64,000 nucleotides of DNA from Penicillus capitatus (taxonomy: Eukaryota > Plantae > Chlorophyta). A model generated the notes under the pieces. That model was not told where the DNA came from. It saw only the letters and a program-made list of their open reading frames with translations, and did not search any database. Below are positions 60,849-64,000 of the stretch, in pieces. Position numbers and translations under genes: made by a program. The stretch is taken from positions 248,001-312,000 of the forward strand of contig OZ287706.1 in assembly GCA_965649825.1 (NCBI GenBank), in the 5' to 3' direction. Every line of letters begins with the position of its first letter. Positions within the stretch are counted from its first letter, which is position 1.

Positions 60849-61753
60849 CTGGGATTTAAAACGTGGTACGAGAAGCCCTCGTGATTCAAGACGTTTCGAA
60901 ATGGCATTTGGACATGCGAAGTCCGTGAATGGACACCGATGCGCTCGTCTGGTCGAACGCCTCTATCGGAAAACAATCTGTGACTGGGTCGAAAAACAAA
61001 AGGCGGCGGTCAGTTCTAGAAGAGGAGATAAGATCTTGTTTTGAAGAAAAACCGTTACATTGCTAGCATGGTTTTGCTTTTTACTCAGAGTATTGTCAAT
61101 TTTTGTGAGCAAAAAAGAAGAATGTAAAAAAGGGAAACAAACATGGCTTATTAATCAGGGTTGGATTCTAAACAGCGCTTCTTTTTTAAGAAGATTGACG
61201 TCGATAGAATTTTGCCGTATAACCGTCAGAAGACAAGAATGAACGCATAAGTACAACGGACAGGACGATGACTAAAAAAATAAGAAGTAAGAACAACAGT
61301 TTTTTGTTCGAGTAGAGAACTTATCGGCGCTTTTGGGCATACAGATTCTTTTACTTTACCTCTGTCGTGATGTTCCACAAACGGCCAGTCACGCACCACA
61401 AAATGGTAAAGACAGCAAAGTCAGATACACGCAATAGTGGCAAAACTGTAAGCCTTCGATTGAGTGAGTTTCTTAGACTTGAGAATGCAGTTTGGCACAT
61501 AACCAAGTCGAATGTCGAATACAAAAAACCTGCAGAGTTTCAATTGACAAGGCGAGGACTTTCCTAAAACAGCAATTGTTTTGCCTTAGTTATACAAGGC
61601 TTCCGAGAAGTCGCGAGTGATCGTCGTTCGAAACTGACGTAGGCAGAACTCGGTTTCGAAGAATCGTCAAAAGGTGTCGCAGACGCACAGTCAAAAGCGT
61701 CGGAAGAATCGGAACCGTGGACGGCCGACAAAGTCGTCAGGAAGTCGTCGGCG

Positions 61754-62062
61754 AAGTCGTCACGCGTGCCGGCAGTCGTCTTGAACGGAGGACGCGGAAT
61801 ACGGTGGGTATATGTTGAAGTCGACGCGTTCTCGACTGTGGGGATCGACCCGAATGCGGATGGTGCAGTTGGCCAGTTCGAGAAGTACGACCGCGTGGGT
61901 TCGATTCCTGCGCCGGACACAGAGGAGGGTAGTCCCATCAGAGTTGACCCGGATGTGTCTGGCGAGCCCGCGTCGAGTTGGATGGGTTACGGCGGGGAAA
62001 GGACAACGTCGAGCCAGTTCGAGGGCCGACGACGGAGTCACCACACGGACAAAAACTTTTGT
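61754..62062 (+). repeat. Dispersed ~310-bp repeat, copy 2
   Basis: Same orientation and near identity to 1912-2230; A-box-like 61861-61872, B-box 61898-61908, ends AAAAACTTTTGT. Confidence 0.85.
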
Positions 62063-62299
62063 CATCTTCTCCTTTGACCCTTTTAGGTGGCCAAAACCGA
62101 AGCAAAACGCGACCGCATTTCGCGACCGTATCTCACGAAATTGCATGGTCAAAAGTTTTTTCTGCATTAACCGGCCACGTTGTCGCCTTTCGTTGCCTAA
62201 GCTGAATCATCTTCTACTCCTGTTCATCGACTTCGCCGTCGGTGTAGCGGTCTTTACGTCTCGCTTGCGTGTATTGCTCGTCGGACGGTCGAGGTGACG

Positions 62300-62965
62300 C
62301 ACAACGGCGCTGTCGAAATCGAAACGATTCGGTTGCAGGGAGCTCTCGTGTTGATTGATCTCTCGGACAAAACGGATCGATTTGGGAGCATCTTCCTTTT
62401 CAACTCTTTGCAACTTTGTCGACCGACAAGTTCGCTTCCGCGTACGATCTTGAAAGTCCCGAAGCACTACTACCTCTCTACCGCAACGGCGTCCTTTGGA
62501 TGATTGTACCGACTTCTCAAGCCGACCGTGCATGCAAAGACTTGACAGAGATTCTTGAACACGTTGTGACGAAGGAGGAACGCGAGGAGCAAAGAGCTTT
62601 TGCAGAAAGGTTTCGATTGTATCGTTCTTTTCGAAAACGAGCATGTATCGCTTTGACACGGCAAGGGCATAGCATCGCCCAGCAGACAGAACACAACAAT
62701 GTGGAGCGTTGTTTGACACGTTCTGCGAAGGATGCATGTCACTTCTTCTACGGCGAAGGTTAGCGTTAGAGCGGAATATTGACGAACGAATTCTATTCAC
62801 CGTCGACCCAATGGAACGATTCGTGTACTCCCGGATCGCTACCCGGTATGCATTCACCGCCTCTATGGCCCCAGGTACTCTTTACCGTTTACTCAGGGAG
62901 ATTCAACAGTGCCCGCAGGTCGACGGTCTCCCCGGCGCAATTTTATAACATTCTAGGCGATTTGA
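62300..62965 (+). CDS. Hypothetical spliced protein (start uncertain)
   Basis: Coding-like exons GSIWEHLPFQLFATLSTDKFASAYDL...EEREEQRAFAE, DACHFFYGE, TVDPMERFVYSRIATRYAF...QQCPQ|AI* with GT-AG junctions. Confidence 0.45.
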
Positions 62966-63006
62966 CACATTCCACTGAGACAAGCGATCCGAAGACGTCT
63001 TGGGAG

Positions 63007-64000
63007 ATGGAATCCGCACGAGAGGCGGCGCAGGCGATAAAAATAACGGCAGATCAGACATTCGTCAAACTCAAAGCTGGCCTCGGTGAAGCGACGGACG
63101 TGGCTCAGCAACTCTTCGACAAAGCAAAGAACCGCACGAACGTACACACGCCTAACGTCTTCCACCTTTGCTGTACTAAGGAGACGCGACAGATATTTGT
63201 GGACACCGGTGTCTCCCATTATCAGCAGACAGAAGAGCTGTTGCTGACGCAGTTCAAAGGTAAGAGTGAGAAAGAATGAGATCAGGGAGAACAAGGCAGT
63301 AGATGGCGTGGCGTGGCTCGGTGCGAACCAAACGTATACCGCAGTGTTCGCGGGTATCTCGGCCATCTTGATCCTGCCAAGACTCCGAAGAGGCGTGATG
63401 CATCGAACACTGCGTCCCTTTCGCAGCGATGAGGTGAAACTGACCCACCAGATATGGAACACATAACTGGCTGGCTGGTTCTTCAGTCGATCTACCGAAG
63501 TGCCGAAGCACGAATGGAGTCCGTACAGGAACGATTGAAAACCAATCAAAAACGCACAGACAAGCTCGACGTTGGACATCCTCTGCCGTGGACTTCGTTT
63601 TTGAAGCGTTGGTCATTCTAGGGGGAACTTGCGTCAGCGATAGAAGTATACACAACCGCTCTCCGTCAACTCAAGTGAAGGGATGTCGATGCAAAAGCGC
63701 TGTTGTGATTGATATCTGTGCTTTAGATCGACGAGTCAAGAGTTGAATCAGTTTTCGAATCAGATCTACAAAGACATTCGCATGACGCAAGGCAAGACGA
63801 CGTTCTTCGCAGATCCATCGATCGGAGCAGGTCTTTGCAGAGCTTATGCGTGACATGAAGGAGATGCCGAGCAGACCTTCGCTCAAGATGCAATCCGAGG
63901 TCCATCCGGTCCGGATTTCGAACGCGTTTGCTTACGTTCCTCAACAGGCGGCGGTGGCACTATCTTCTTTGGAGCGTCAAAATCGTCAAGTTGATAATCT
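63007..64000 (+). CDS. RHIP1: RGS1-HXK1-interacting protein 1 (RHIP1)-like; may run off the window
   Basis: HYQQTEELLLTQFK, AVFAGISAILILPRLRR..HRTLRPFRSDE|SIYRSAEAR..., ELNQFSNQIYK, ELMRDMKEMPSRPSLKMQSE parallel the recalled plant RHIP1 pattern (Y..YEDAFF..; GPRRFLFRHTLGRFQSEE; LRQIPGRDAIKLRAEV). Confidence 0.6.

Noticed and set aside
1-64000. Non-standard genetic code (TAA/TAG = Gln, as in some ulvophytes)
   Set aside because: Conserved genes end at TAA (ferroportin, RNR2, SRP68) and TAG (BolA, TrpRS) at the expected positions, and long ORFs have no internal TAA/TAG.
1-64000. CRISPR arrays, rRNA genes, intact tRNA genes, telomeric repeats
   Set aside because: None seen: no repeat-spacer arrays, no extended rRNA matches, no complete cloverleaf and no TTTAGGG/TTAGGG tracts.

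Overview
Gene-dense eukaryotic nuclear DNA from a green alga (chlorophyte). The evidence is the plastid-targeted CYP38, D27-like, BolA4 and TL17-like genes, many 40-70 nt introns (several GC-AG), TGTAA poly(A) signals and the standard genetic code; the exact lineage cannot be fixed from sequence. About 33 protein-coding loci can be built by hand. They include a trypsin-fold pseudoprotease, organellar RF1, ferroportin, PP2C, GDPD, two F-box proteins, RNR small subunit, CYP38, TMC, PPIL2, ELP4, TrpRS, D27, SRP68, three Ala/Ser-rich secreted paralogs, BolA, an AMTP1/p1-like protein, GET2, MPC1, Tweety-like, a pentapeptide-repeat protein and RHIP1-like. Two AT-rich islands hold decayed non-LTR retrotransposon sequence, and a ~310-320 bp structured repeat with Pol III-type A/B boxes occurs twice. 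The most striking observation is a split NUP155. The N-terminal part lies on the minus strand at 55.0-57.7 kb and the directly continuing part lies on the plus strand at 16.7-17.7 kb, each with its own open reading frame. This fits a ~38 kb inversion with gene fission, split-intron trans-splicing, or an assembly/haplotype artefact. Other highlights are the 6mA-methyltransferase-complex subunit p1 homolog fused to a UBA domain, same-strand gene runs with 18-48 nt gaps (candidate polycistrons) and the uncharacterised secreted Ala-rich family. All exon models are manual, family calls rest on recalled motifs, and no database search was run.
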